A stretch of 64,000 nt of DNA from Eledone cirrhosa (GCA_964016885.1 OZ024742.1:21142001-21206000); one strand, 5' to 3'. Counted from the stretch's first letter, positions 1 through 14,903 are shown. Program-made: numbers and translations. The notes: generated by a model not told the origin, from the sequence alone.

Positions 1-559
1 GAATTCTTTCATTCCGTTTTTTGAATTTCTTCATATCAAATATATGCTGTTACATGTCAGCTTGCAGAGTTGTCTGGAGCTGCTCAAATTATGCTGCATA
101 TATCAAGTGATGTTTTAAATTCAGAGAAATTCCCATGTTTCCGGTTCCATCATATGTCAGAGTTGCAGTATTTTATTTCTTGATTGTTGAAAACTGCTCA
201 AGTAAATATTGATTTTGTTTTCATTAGGCTGAAATGTACTTTTACTTAAGGAAATGAAGAAAACAAACATTTATATTCGTTTCACTTGACTTGAATAAAT
301 AATTGCTACTTACTCTATCGTCTCTGAGTTATAAATCTGGGAATTCCTCCAGTTGGGGTTTTAAAGACAGGTTAGTGTAAGTATCTTAAAGATGGAACTC
401 TAAAATCTCGTTTAGTTAGTAACTAAAGAGACTTTAATACTTGATAAAGTCTGAGGATTATCGTCAAGAAACACGGCATGTTTAAGAATATTCAACCTGG
501 CAGGGCCCAACCTTCGTCCGCTCCGAACACAGTCGATTTCTTAAGCCTAGTGATTTATT

Positions 560-960
560 GGTATTATATTTAGCGACCTCGATAGAATAAAGTACCAGTA
601 ATGCACTGATTTAATTGCCGGCCTTGTGCCAAAAGTAGAAACAATTATATTTATCGACCTCGGTGGATTGGCACTATCGGTAGAGGGTCGGACGCTCTGC
701 TTTACAGCAAAGAGTTACGGCCCTTTATTGTCTGAGTTCAAATCCCGCCGAGGTTAACTTTGCCTTTCATCCTTACGATAAAATAAATTACCAGTAATAC
801 ACTGAGATAATTGCTGGCCTTGTGCCAAAAGTAGAAACAATTATATTTATCGACCTCGAAAAGATGAAAGGCAAAATTGACCTCGGTGGGATTTGAAATC
901 AGGGGCAGGGATCTAGGAAAAAGTTCTGATAAATTTTCAATCCGACGCTCCAAAGACGTT
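560..960 (+). mobile_element. Tandem cluster of tRNA-derived SINE copies (octopus OK-like family)
   Basis: Repeated GAGGTTAACTTTGCCTTTCATCC and GGCCTTGTGCCAAAAGTAGAAACAATTAT blocks, also found at 12850, 20830, 30995, 31860 and 56840. The last ~120 bp is in the opposite orientation. Confidence 0.75.
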
Positions 961-1034
961 TCCAATTTGGAACCTTGTTTATTTAGCAAAATCTCTGTGT
1001 ATGTCAGCAGGGTATGTTAATGTATATGGATAAC

Positions 1035-1320
1035 ACTGACACTTCGTCAGTTATGACGTTGAGTATTGCAGTTCATAGGATTAACGGAACAGCCTGCTTA
1101 TGAAATTAACGTAGTTCTCAGGATGATTTAGCATGCTGCAGAATGTGACAAGGCTGACCCTTAAAATTACAGGTACAACTACATCTTTCCAGCTGTTTGA
1201 ACTGGAGCAACGTGAATTAAATGGTCTTACTCAAGGACACAAGGCGTCGCCGAGAATCTAAATAATGAATTTACAAACGTGAGCTGAATACCTTAACCAC
1301 TAAGCCACTCGCCTTCACGT
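1035..1320 (-). mobile_element. tRNA-head SINE (second family, OR-like)
   Basis: Reverse complement matches 56417-56740, with a TGTGTCCTTGAGYAAG core and a tRNA-like head. Confidence 0.7.
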
Positions 1321-4024
1321 GATTAACATTCATACATCACAGGATGATGTATAGTTTATTAGAACGTACTAATATATTACTATTACTACCAGTAACGCAG
1401 TGGGTAATTGCTGGCCTTGTGTCTAAAGTAGAAACAATTACTAAATATATCAACCCTAGACCCTATGTCTCGCTAGAGGATGATTTTCAAGACTATTATC
1501 TTGACGCGCTGTTTCACAGTTAACACCTTCGGCGGATAACACATGAGAAACTAATCTGTAAATTCCTTTAAATTATTGAAGATAGAATGAAAATATTTCA
1601 TTACGTGTGCAATCTTTGAAGAGGCATACATATATTTCAGTTACTATAATTCCTTTATTAACAAGTTAGATGATGAAAAACGGTTGCATCCTAATCCTAT
1701 ACATATACTTTACACATGAATTCGGAATGTAGTTAAGGAAAACATTTTTTCATACCTTAAGAAAATATATATGATCTTCTGCACTTTTGTATCATTGTCG
1801 GCAATTTCTAGGAAACAAAAAAATCCTAACATTGACTGAAGATAAAAGAATCAAATTCCCATTCTCACTACCTCCGTCTTACTCGTTCTCCCCATCTTTT
1901 ACTCGTTCTCCCCATCTCTCACTATTATAAGCAAATGGCGGCTCAAGCGCTGATCAGCCCGCACCCGTCAGAATTAAGAAGGTGTTTCTCCGGAGGATGG
2001 TGAGAGGGACCAATCGGAAGAGCCATTCCAGCTCGCTAGGCTCACAGCTCCGGATAGCCAACTCCGTGCCGATGTTGGTGAGTAGGAAGGGGGTCCTAGG
2101 GCCAAGGGCGCCATACATTTTCACTACTACGTGATCAATATTTCGAGAATTTACCCTCCTCGCCCAGAAGTGCAGCAGAACCGGGATTAGTCGCAGACTG
2201 CACGAGATTGCGGCTGGAAAAATTGTCATTTCAGATCAGAATAATGAAGAATTATATTTAACGTGGGATTCATTAATAATGGTTTCTAAGTTAGACACAA
2301 GATTACCAACTTGTTGGGAATGAAAGATCGAATACCGACTCCAGCACATTAGAAAAAATAGATCATTTTCAAAAACCGCAAAGACATTTCTGCAGACAAT
2401 GATCAGCGACACACGCGGTAAAAGCCACCCCACATCGCGGGGCTCCTTCTTCAGACGAGCTGCTATCGATCCAATTAAATTAATGAATATTAGTTACTTT
2501 TCTCATTACGTAAAAACTAGACAATAAATTCAATTCACACGGGATTGGAAATGGGCAGAAAATCACCAGACTACATACAAGGATATGTCCAATTCAGAAT
2601 TAAAATATATAATTTATCCTCTTTTTTCAATTTTATTACTAATTAAATATTAATCTTTCATATAATCTAGAGGTATTTTGAATTATTTAAATTGATGTCT
2701 GCAGATTATTTTGTCAAAAAGAAAATTAGTAACAAAAACAACATTAACTGTGACATAGAAGTTGTGTGATGTTAACATTTCTGATTTTGACATCCGAATT
2801 TTAAATCTATAATCTGAAGAGAATCAAGAACACTTGGTTGTAAAGAAGTTTCACATGAGAACTCTTCTGATTCCAACATTCAATTATCTCGATTAGAAAA
2901 GATTGCTAACACGTCAGTGTTGCTGTGATGAAATAAAACAAAGAAGAAATGAAATGAGAAAGTTGTGTGTTCACTCGCCAAAGAAATGTGCACTTCCAGA
3001 AGACAGATTAGTGAATATACATTTAAAGTATATATTTAGTTTCTGACGTTGACACAAAGTTACTTTTTTGGTAGGAGGCGAGTAGTTATTGATAGTGAGA
3101 GGGTGAAAAACGAAAGAGACTTCGGCGTGAGTGGAAATTGAACGGCATATTGATTGATAACTGGAATATCAAAAAGGAACTTTCATGTATCAGTTCTAAA
3201 TACTACCAAAGCATTGAGACCAGTCCGCTTGGGCGAAAGATTATGAAAACCATAAGATTGCCCGACAGAAAGACTTGTGGTATGTTTGATACAATATATA
3301 TTGTAGGTCCTGGTTTCAAATCCCACCCAGGTTGACTTTCTCTTCCAACCTTCCGAGATCTATGAGATATAATACCGGTGATGTAATTGGGTCCATATAA
3401 TCAGCTCTCACCATAAATGTGTAAAACGTCGGATACCATCAGCTCGTAGTGGGTAAACGTCAACCATGTTGAATAAAACTCCTGAAACATTAGTGTCTAA
3501 TATTCACATATGGCTAGCTAACAGTCGCATGATCGCAGGTTAAAACATCCATAGTAAGACTAATATAACTTTATTATACATAAACATAATTTAAATGCTT
3601 CCATATATGCACCTCTATGTTAGTGCTATTGCTAATCATCATTATTCTTACAATTACTCAACAGACATAGATTGATGAATTGTCATAAGGGAAACGAACA
3701 TGGAAAACAGGTTAATTGAATGGCGTTTAAATTAGGTTTATGAGTGTGTGGTAAGTTTGGGTGAAAGTGGTAAACTTAAATCATGTATGTTTATATGAGT
3801 GAACATCCTGCTCGAAATGTGCCCCCTTATCTTAATTATTTTCATTCCAACATTTCACCCTCCCTTTTTCATACCTCGTCTCTCTCTTGATTTTGTTCGT
3901 TCCCCGTAAAGGACGTATGTCCAATACATTGAGACATTAACATCTTTCTTTATCCTTATCTTTATTATCAAGCGTGAAACTAAACTTTGTGTTTTTGCAT
4001 CTCTGTATTTCTCTTCTCTATTAT

Positions 4025-4120
<96 letters not shown>

Positions 4121-4624
4121 TCTTGAATCTTACCATGCATCGAGCACGTCTCTGAAATGTGGTCATCCCGGCCGAAGTACCGCACGCTATATATATCTAA
4201 AACTATCTATATATATACATATCTCTCTCTCTATATATATATATTATATAGAAACATATATTATATATACACATATATTATATAGATATATATATTAAAT
4301 ATACACATATATTATATATACACATATATTATATATATACATATATTATATATATACATATATTATATATATACATATATTATATATATACATATATTAT
4401 GTATACACATATTATATATATATATTATATATATACATATATTATATATATACATATATTATATATATACATATATTATATATATACATATATTATATAT
4501 ATACACATATTATATATATACATATTTTATATATATACATATATATATACATATATATATATATATTATATATATACACATATATTATATATATACATAT
4601 TTTATATATATACATATATATATA

Positions 4625-5180
4625 TATTGTTATACTTGGGGAGGGTCATATTTGCGTAATATTGCCAGAATTAATAACAGAACACACTCACTGTTTGGTT
4701 GGTTTTCGCTTCTCGCTGTCTTTTATATCTGCGATCTAACTTACTCGGTCCTCAATGTTGCCGTTGACTGACCGGCGGTCAAAAATAATACAGATACAAT
4801 ATAGACACAAACACATATATATAGTTTACATAATTTACATAAATCTTTCGTTGCACATCTGCAACATCGTCAGTGGTGTTATATTCATTGTTCCTCCTGT
4901 TGTGTTGTATGTCTACGCCATTTTTTTTATTTTTTTATTCAGTCTCTCTATATATTTATTTATTTATTTGCTTGTTTGTTTATCTTATTTTATTTTGTCT
5001 TCTTTGCGCATGCGTTTGCGTGTGTGTATAGTGTTATGTGTGATGTGTGACTAGTGTGTATAGTGTTGTGTCTGATAGGTGACTAGTGTGTGTTTATGTG
5101 CTTGTTGTTATTGTGCTTGTGTATGTATTTATTTATCTTATTTTATTTAATTTTATTTACTTATTTATACTTCTCTTAGA
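4625..5180 (-). mobile_element. PLE pseudo-LTR-like fragment with degenerate hammerhead core (4846-4873)
   Basis: Terminus TATTGTTATACTTGGGAGGGTCAT is shared with the 62440-62890 family. Minus strand reads CTGACGA-T-GTTGCA-GATG-TGCAAC-GAAA. Confidence 0.55.
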
Positions 5181-5472
5181 TCAGTGTCGTTTGTTTGGGT
5201 GTTATATTATATATATATAAATATATTATATATACATATATTATATATATATACATATATTATATATACATACATATATTATATATACATATATTATATA
5301 TATATTATATATATACATATATATATATACATATATTATATATGTATACATATATTAAATATACATACATATATTATATATACATATATTATATATATAT
5401 TATATATATATTGTATATATATTATATATATACATATATATATACATATATTATATATATACATATATATAC

Positions 5473-5523
<51 letters not shown>

Positions 5524-5667
5524 TATACATACATATATATGTAGGAGGTGAGTTTTATTGTAGTACAATAAAGCAATGCAGATATCGGATAAGAAGCACT
5601 CTACAGTTTGTAGGACTGGAGTATAAATAATATATAAGATCAAAAGATGGTTAAAAGAGTTCCATGT

Positions 5668-5736
5668 ATTTTATTATGCGCATTTCAAAAACAAATATCA
5701 TCATGCAATAACATTTGTGTTTTCGTCAGATAAAAT
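5668..5736 (-). ncRNA. Type I hammerhead ribozyme motif (family A, copy 1)
   Basis: Minus strand: ATTTTAT-CTGACGA-long stem II-GAAA-TGCGCA-TA-ATAAAAT, giving a 7-bp stem I and palindromic stem III. Confidence 0.8.
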
Positions 5737-5794
5737 AGGAAGACATGATATGAAGGTTAAAATACACTTGTGAATAGTGCAGTTTTAAATCACG

Positions 5795-5826
<32 letters not shown>

Positions 5827-5857
5827 CATATATATATACATATATATATATATAAAC

Positions 5858-5888
<31 letters not shown>

Positions 5889-5901
5889 CATATATATATA
5901 C

Positions 5902-5957
<56 letters not shown>

Positions 5958-6102
5958 TCAGGTTAGGAGGTTTACCACTGTTTAGAGCTGGTCTATTCCG
6001 TATGGTCAATCGTAATGCAATAATATAGAGAGTACTCAACGTAAGGCAGTTCAACCGTCTTTGTTTTTGTAGTTGGTGGTGCTATAACGGAGTTAAATAT
6101 TA

Positions 6103-6460
6103 TAATGAAATGACAAGAGGCTGGATTTGTGAAAATCCTTGAAAGGTTTATTATACTATGATCATTTCAATGACCGGGTTCCATATGAATCCGGTGATAT
6201 CATGAGGTATTCGAAATATAATACGTGAATGTAATAGATAAAATTCATGGGGCCACCGGCTGAGGTTGAAGGAACAGAATAGCGGTCGCCCTCGGGCCCT
6301 CGTTTTTAAGCCCCATGGATTTTATCTATTACATTCACGTATTATATTTCGAATACCTGATGATATCACCGGATTCATACGGAACCCGGTCATTGAAATG
6401 ATCATAGTATAATAAACCTTTCAAGGATTTACAAAAATCCAGCCTCCTGTCATTTCATTA
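6103..6460. repeat. Foldback element with ~150-bp inverted arms, each carrying a hammerhead
   Basis: Arms 6103-6253 and 6310-6460 are near-perfect reverse complements. The right end abuts (TA)n. Confidence 0.9.
6353..6410 (+). ncRNA. Type I hammerhead ribozyme motif
   Basis: ATAC-CTGATGA-stem II (ACCGG/CCGGT)-GAAA-TGATCA-TA-GTAT. The mirror copy at 6153-6210 has a mutated CTCATGA core. Confidence 0.7.
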
Positions 6461-6488
6461 TTATATATATATATATATATACATATAT

Positions 6489-6599
<111 letters not shown>

Positions 6600-6600
6600 C

Positions 6601-6853
<253 letters not shown>

Positions 6854-6868
6854 TATACATACATATGT

Positions 6869-6909
<41 letters not shown>

Positions 6910-6918
6910 CATATATAC

Positions 6919-6959
<41 letters not shown>

Positions 6960-6964
6960 TATAT

Positions 6965-7150
6965 ATGATGGCTGCCAACTCGTTTCCGTATACGGCCACT
7001 ACTTTATATCCATGTACGAGAACCCCTACCGATGCGCTGAACGAGTGTGACTTTTTAGTCCAGCCTGCGACATGAAAACTCTGGTACAAACACTACACCT
7101 GTAACAATTATTAACACATAGTGCTGGGCCCATGGTACCATGTGACGACA
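6965..7150 (-). mobile_element. RTE-type LINE 3' end fragment
   Basis: Encodes [22 protein letters not shown], a C2H2-like RTE C-terminus. Near-identical to 7463-7648 and 59345-59495. Confidence 0.65.
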
Positions 7151-7415
7151 TGTATACATACATACATACACACATACATACATACGCACATACATACACA
7201 CATACATATACACATACATACATATACATATACATACATACCTACATACATATATACATACATATATACATACATACATACAGACATACATACATATATA
7301 CACACATACATACATACACATACATACATACACACACACACACACATACACACACATACACACATACATACATACATATACATATACATACATACATACA
7401 TATATATATACATAC

Positions 7416-7452
<37 letters not shown>

Positions 7453-7462
7453 CATATATATA

Positions 7463-8030
7463 TGGTGGCTGCCAACTCGTTTTCGAGTACGGCCACTACT
7501 TTACATCCATGTAGGAGAACCCCTACCGAAGCGCTGAACGAGTGTGACTTTTTAGTCCAGCCAGCGTATTGAAAACTCTGGTACAAACACTACACTTGTG
7601 ACAATTATTGACACATAGTGCTGGGCCCATGGTACCATGTGACGACAAGTGCAGAGAGATCTCCAGATATAAAGCAATGCCTGTGCCGTGAAGCTTTTAT
7701 AGTGAGTAAAGGCACTGCACAAAGCCAGTCCCACTCTCTTAACCAAGATGATATTTACCAAAAAGAAGAACAAGTCAACATCATTGGCTACCATCAGAGT
7801 TGCAGGTGTTATATCAGAGTTTTCCTTCTCCTAGAATTCTGCCTTGACAAAGGCTAAGGGGTCATCTCTCCCGGTGATTTTGGATGGCCATTGACTCTTA
7901 AGAGCTCCTTTGCCCTTTGACAGGTTTTCTTTTTAGTCCCGCAGGATGTCCAAAGTCACCCCCCTCACCAAGAAACCTTGGTGGTGTTGCCAGTTTAGTC
8001 GCCAACGACACGACCATGAGACAGGTTGTA
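7463..8030 (-). mobile_element. Internally deleted (bipartite) RTE-type element
   Basis: GC-rich 5'UTR-like end (7900-8030) and a degenerate APE-like segment (FF..VKRVGLA) are joined directly to the RTE 3' zinc-finger end and microsatellite tail. Confidence 0.55.
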
Positions 8031-8031
8031 C

Positions 8032-8268
<237 letters not shown>

Positions 8269-8269
8269 A

Positions 8270-8300
<31 letters not shown>

Positions 8301-8878
8301 AAAATACGTATTTAAGAAAGCCACAACAATGCAAAGGGAAATCTCGAGGTAGGAAGTGAAATATAGATAGGAAAAACAGGTGAAAGTGAAAGTTGAGAGA
8401 CACAAAGATGAAAACAAAACAAAGGTAGAAGGGTTACCGTAGTAGAGATTTAATCCCAATATTTCGGGCTCACGCCCATCAACTGGGGAAAAGTTCCCAA
8501 AGGGGGGTGGAACTTTTCCCCAGTTGATGGGCGTGAGCAAATAGAGGGGTGCAAATATGTCTGTGTGAGAATGCGTGGGTGAAAGGTTACGTACACTGGA
8601 AAGAAAAAAATTAAGTCTGAATGTTAATTAAGTGCAAACACAAAACCAACCACGCATATCTTTACTATCTCCAATCCCTCTATAGATTTAGAAAAATAAC
8701 CAATAATATAAAAACAAATAACGAAACGAAATTAAATTTCGTTTCGTTTGTAACTCACTTTTGTATGACTGACGCTTAAACAATTAAGTTAAAAATGTAC
8801 ATCCACATATGTATACTGAAATACTAGTATGCATATGAATACACACACGTGTACATATGTAGATGTACCGAGTTTTTC

Positions 8879-9299
8879 ACTGGTCACTTTACTGTGAGTG
8901 TCCAGCTATTCTGTATGTAAACACACAGACAAACCGGTTTTTAGAGTCATACTGGTTTTTGAGGAAACACCTTTCCTCAATTTCGTTTCGTTATTTGTTT
9001 TTATCGTCTCCGTTGAACCGGTACGTACTCACGCTCTATGCAAATTAGTCTGACCATTACTAATTTTCATAGAAAAAGCATATAACGATATGTGCTTTTA
9101 CGATTCTCTAGAAAGGCCGGAAGATAGGTAAATATTGCTGATGAGATGTAACAACATCGAAACTAGTCCAATATTCCTTGTCTGGCTTTCTGGAGAATAG
9201 AGGAAAGGTGTTTCCTCAAAAACCAGTATGACTCTAAAAACCGGTTTGTCTGTGTGTTTACATACAGAATAGCTGGACACTCACAGTAAAGTGACCAGT
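8879..9299. repeat. Perfect 100-bp inverted repeat enclosing a hammerhead
   Basis: 8879-8978 is the reverse complement of 9200-9299. Confidence 0.92.
9131..9175 (+). ncRNA. Type I hammerhead ribozyme motif (textbook minimal form)
   Basis: AATATTG-CTGATGA-GATGT-AACA-ACATC-GAAA-CTAG-TC-CAATATT. Predicted cleavage is after GUC (C9168). Confidence 0.92.
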
Positions 9300-9460
9300 A
9301 GGCGTTCTCCTACATGGATATAAGGTAGTGGCCGTACTCGAAAACGAGTTGGCAGCCACCATATATGTATGTATATGTATATATGTATGTATATATATAT
9401 ATATCTATGCATATATATATGTATATGTATATATATATATATGTATATATATCTATGCAT

Positions 9461-9509
<49 letters not shown>

Positions 9510-9667
9510 TATCTATATATATATCTATGCATATATATATGTATGTATATATATATATATATATATGTATGCATATATATATATATATATATACATACAT
9601 ACATATATATATATATATACATACATATGCATACATATACATATGCATACATATATATATATATATA

Positions 9668-9747
<80 letters not shown>

Positions 9748-9749
<2 letters not shown>

Positions 9750-10014
9750 CGGCCCTGCTCTCTTCAACATCACACCAGGACACGTCAAAACAGAAACTGA
9801 CCACACAAAATTCAAGAAGTCTTTGGACAAATTCCTCCAAGTAATCCCGGACAAACCACCCACACCCGGATATGTCTCCGCAAACAGTAATTCTCTTCTC
9901 GAATGGGCCATGGTGCCCAAATCCTGAATTGAAAGACTTCGCCAGGTGGTGCTATTAAGTTAGACATGGCCTGGGCCAATACTGGCCAAAACATTTCAAA
10001 GTTATTCAAAGTTA
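9748..10014 (+). mobile_element. CR1-type LINE 3' end fragment
   Basis: [28 protein letters not shown] is homologous to the C-terminus at 42876-43301. Short TTCAAAGTTA-like tandem tail, flanked by (TA)n on both sides. Confidence 0.8.
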
Positions 10015-10025
10015 TATATTTATAC

Positions 10026-10111
<86 letters not shown>

Positions 10112-10125
10112 ATACATATATATAC

Positions 10126-10338
<213 letters not shown>

Positions 10339-12849
10339 TACCATTCAGTATTTATATATGCAGATATTATATCCTCCCATTACTTACTTCAGTCACATAC
10401 ACCCATTATACATGGGTGTATGTGACTGCAGCTTAATTCTTATAAAACAAATGTTCCTCAACTAATGGGCGGATGAAATATCTGCATACTTACATACGGA
10501 ATGGTAAACCTATATAAACTATTTACATGACATGACATCTCAGTTTCGTGTTGTGAAAGAAATATTGAAAACAATAGAAGACAACTGAAATATTAGTATG
10601 CTGATCAGTAAATGGGAAAGAGAAAAAAGTAGTTTTACATATTTTCGTTGATATTGTAACATGATATTTGTATTGTTAGGATAACAACATGACGAATGAG
10701 GCAGAACAATTAGTGACGGGTAATCTGAAATGATATCCATACTAATATATTATATATACAAACCACATAGTTTATATATGAATGACTTCCCCATCCCGCC
10801 CAAATATCCCATATACCTGTATTTTCTAAAACGATAGATTAGGAACAGGCAAAACAAAATATCAATTATAATGTATATTCATTCATGACACGCAAAAATC
10901 CTTTAGTCAATAACCTATGACGACAGTAAACAAGAGGAAACGGGTTTCATAAATGTTTTATTCTGGAAATGAAGTTACTTTTAACATTTTATTTCCTGTG
11001 TGTGGTCTGAATATTTCATCACAATTCTGTATGATCCAACGAAAACAACATTTGAAGACACCAACATTCTTCCGACTAATTTGTGTTGTTCACCTCCATA
11101 AATCCGGTTTCTAACAGTTGATTGGTGTGACAGAGATAATTCAATTAACAACCATTATGCGTTATTGCTGCTTCCAAATAGAAATTATTTCTTTATTTCT
11201 TTGTTTGTAGGATATCTCTGTTATGATCTGAATAATTATTGGAAAATATTAACCCTAGTAACACACGATCTTATTCTGTATTCTGCCAATGCACGGTGAC
11301 CGGATGTATAATGAAATGATCGTTATGCATTCTGTTTAAATCACTGTTGCGTTCAAGTGCCATGGGACCAATAATTTTGAATAATACTATATCCTTAGAT
11401 TAATAATCTTTAATAGTCATATATTATCAAACAAATAATATTCAATGATCGCATCCTTTTAGACAAATAACTCTGAATAATCGAATAATTCACACCAATA
11501 ATGGTGAATACCCATATATGATCAGAACAATAATTTTTGAATAATCATCTATGTTCAGTCCAATAATGTTGAATAATTATATATCACCAGAGCAATAATG
11601 TTACTGTGAAAGTTTCATAATATCATGGTTTCTCTTATAGACGAAATCATTCAAAACTTCAAAGTCTTTACGAGGCTAGTGAGTAAAGGCCAGAGACTGA
11701 CTATGAAGGAGTGATGTTAGAACTGTGAAATCTTACATGCATTAATTTCAAATCTTCATATTAATAACTGCATTGTTTCCTTCCAGGCATTATGTTGAAA
11801 AATAAACCTTATTTGGCTATTCACGAGAGTATCTTTCCAGCCGATCGTCGTAGATAGAAATACATATACACTGGCAGTTTCCTTGTGTATATGATACAAT
11901 TGGAATATAAAATAATATTAGATGACAGAGGAATGATGGTTGGATGGTTATGAAGTTCGCTTAAAAAGCACGTGGACTCAGGTTCAATCACACAACATAG
12001 CATCTAAGCCAACAAATCTTTTTTTATAGAATTCGGTGGAACCAAGCATTGTGAATGAACTTGGGATTACTTAAATTGTTTAGGAAACAATCGGATGGAC
12101 TATAATTGTAAATCAATAACCCAGCCTCGTCCCTCAAAGCACCATTTAAAATCTTATGATAATGATTTTAAGGGACAACCTGTCCTAGAAATACCCAATC
12201 ATTTATATGTTGATTTCAGGAGTAGACAGTGTCTCTTGTAGAGAGAACAAGGAGAACAACACTCTTCATTCAAAGAGACGGATGTCTATGGAAGAAGTGA
12301 ATTTAATCTAACCAAGAAACATACGCATTATAGTATCTCCATAAAACCCAGTGGTATGCTATATATAATAGTTTGATTAATTTTATAAAATCTAAACCAA
12401 GTAAAACAAACAAACAAAAAACATTATAAATCTTCAACAGAAGTAAATTCCAAAACAGGAATTTTCAATTAATTGTCGCAAATTTGTTAGAGATGCATTT
12501 CTCATTGCAGAGTTAGTAATTTCAGCTATCTCTTGTTTACTAAAGTTATAATAGTCTCTATATTATTATTGCAACACACACTATTGACAGTGTGGTTAAT
12601 GCCCGGTCGGTTTCAATGATTAACATTCAATTGTTTGTTGAACTCAACGTAAGATTTGTTAAATTAACCTAAATGAGACTGAGCATTCTACAGACTCTAA
12701 TTAGTGTGATACAATACTTAACAATAGTATAACTCTGCATTAGAGATAGAATACATACTACTAGTTTAATACAGTCACGTACACGTATTTTCATTGAGTC
12801 AATCACAGGCTACGGTTAATTACAATTGCACATTACACTACACAGTTAA

Positions 12850-13000
12850 GGGCGGTGAATTGGCAGAGTCGTGAGAAAGTCGGATATAATACTCTGCGGC
12901 ATTCATTGTGGCCCTCTGCTCTCTGAATTCAGATCTCGTCGAGGTTAACTTTGCCTTTCATCCTTTCGAGGTCGATAAAATAGTACCAGTCTAGTACTGG
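12850..13000 (+). mobile_element. tRNA-derived SINE (OK-like)
   Basis: GGCGGTGAATTGGCAGA head, GAGGTTAACTTTGCCTTTCATCC body and GTCGATAAAATAGTACCAGT. Confidence 0.75.
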
Positions 13001-13724
13001 GGTCCATTCTTCCTCTATATCTCTTTCCCACTTTATATTCTTCTCCGGAAGATATCTGCTGTGTTCAGACCTGGATAGAGATGGGCTCCACCAGGTTAAA
13101 AAATACCCCTAAAATTCCACTACGGTGCCCCTACGACTGCCCCAGGCGTTACTGCATCATACTATACCATAATATACCGTACAGTGGGTCTGAACACGAA
13201 AACGTATGATTGCGAAGCTAGTTTATTACCTCATATATAAGATCCACGTAACATATTTGAAATAGACAATACTGAGACAAAATTCTTTGAGAGGAGGCGA
13301 CATCATGTGGTACATTATACTAAGTGTTCTAGTTAAATATTTTGTATGTCTGTAGATGACATTACAATAATACAACCGGCCCCTCGTCGCTTGGTACTCA
13401 AACAAAAAACGATGATTTTGTATCTCGTATTCGTTGAAATCGATTGAAACGCTATTTGTTTCTTTTAATTTCACTGCTTGATAAACTATTTCCATCTGAA
13501 GGTTGCTAGATCTACGACAGTGCTTTCTCTAATGCCAACAATTACTTCAATTGTTCTGTTTTCTACTGCAGAGCCATGCAGTCTGTTGCAAAGACTAATT
13601 ATATGAACCTAGCGAACTTTTAAATATATATGTACATCTTGTAAGTTATGTTTTCCTACAAAGAGAAAAAGTGTATTCAGTAGGACTTAAATTGCAATAA
13701 TAACTGAAAAACATACAATATATA

Positions 13725-14162
<438 letters not shown>

Positions 14163-14165
14163 TAC

Positions 14166-14204
<39 letters not shown>

Positions 14205-14220
14205 CACATATATATATGTA

Positions 14221-14252
<32 letters not shown>

Positions 14253-14275
14253 AGTATATATATATATATATACGA

Positions 14276-14392
<117 letters not shown>

Positions 14393-14432
14393 TATATATA
14401 TATATGTATGTATATATATATATGTATATATG

Positions 14433-14463
<31 letters not shown>

Positions 14464-14468
14464 GTATG

Positions 14469-14520
<52 letters not shown>

Positions 14521-14536
14521 TACATATATATATATA

Positions 14537-14903
14537 TACATTTTTTTACTGTGGGTTTCGTTGTTGTGGTTGGCAGTACTTTGGCATGTGTTAGGATGTT
14601 TTTCATTGACTTAGATTATCTTTTGCTCTTTACGATATCGTGTGTTCGTAGGATTTGGTTCATTCTATGGTCCTTTTTCAACACAGGGATGTTCTGGAGG
14701 ATGGTGTCAAACGCCTCGTTGTTGAGGGGGTTGTGTGTTGAGATGTATAGAAGAGCTTTTAGTTTCGGTTGATTTACTTTACGGTGTCTAAGGTCCTGGG
14801 TACTGAGTTTTAGGGCACGTTGGATTCCATTGTCAATTAGTGATGCAGGGTAGTCCCTGTGTATGAGTGTGTCCTTTAGTTCTTGTAGCCGTAAGTAGCA
14901 GGT
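14537..14903 (-). pseudogene. Inverted 5' segment of PLE ORF (RT thumb/linker)
   Basis: Minus strand reads [48 protein letters not shown], which continues into KKCNRP at 14912 on the plus strand. Confidence 0.8.
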
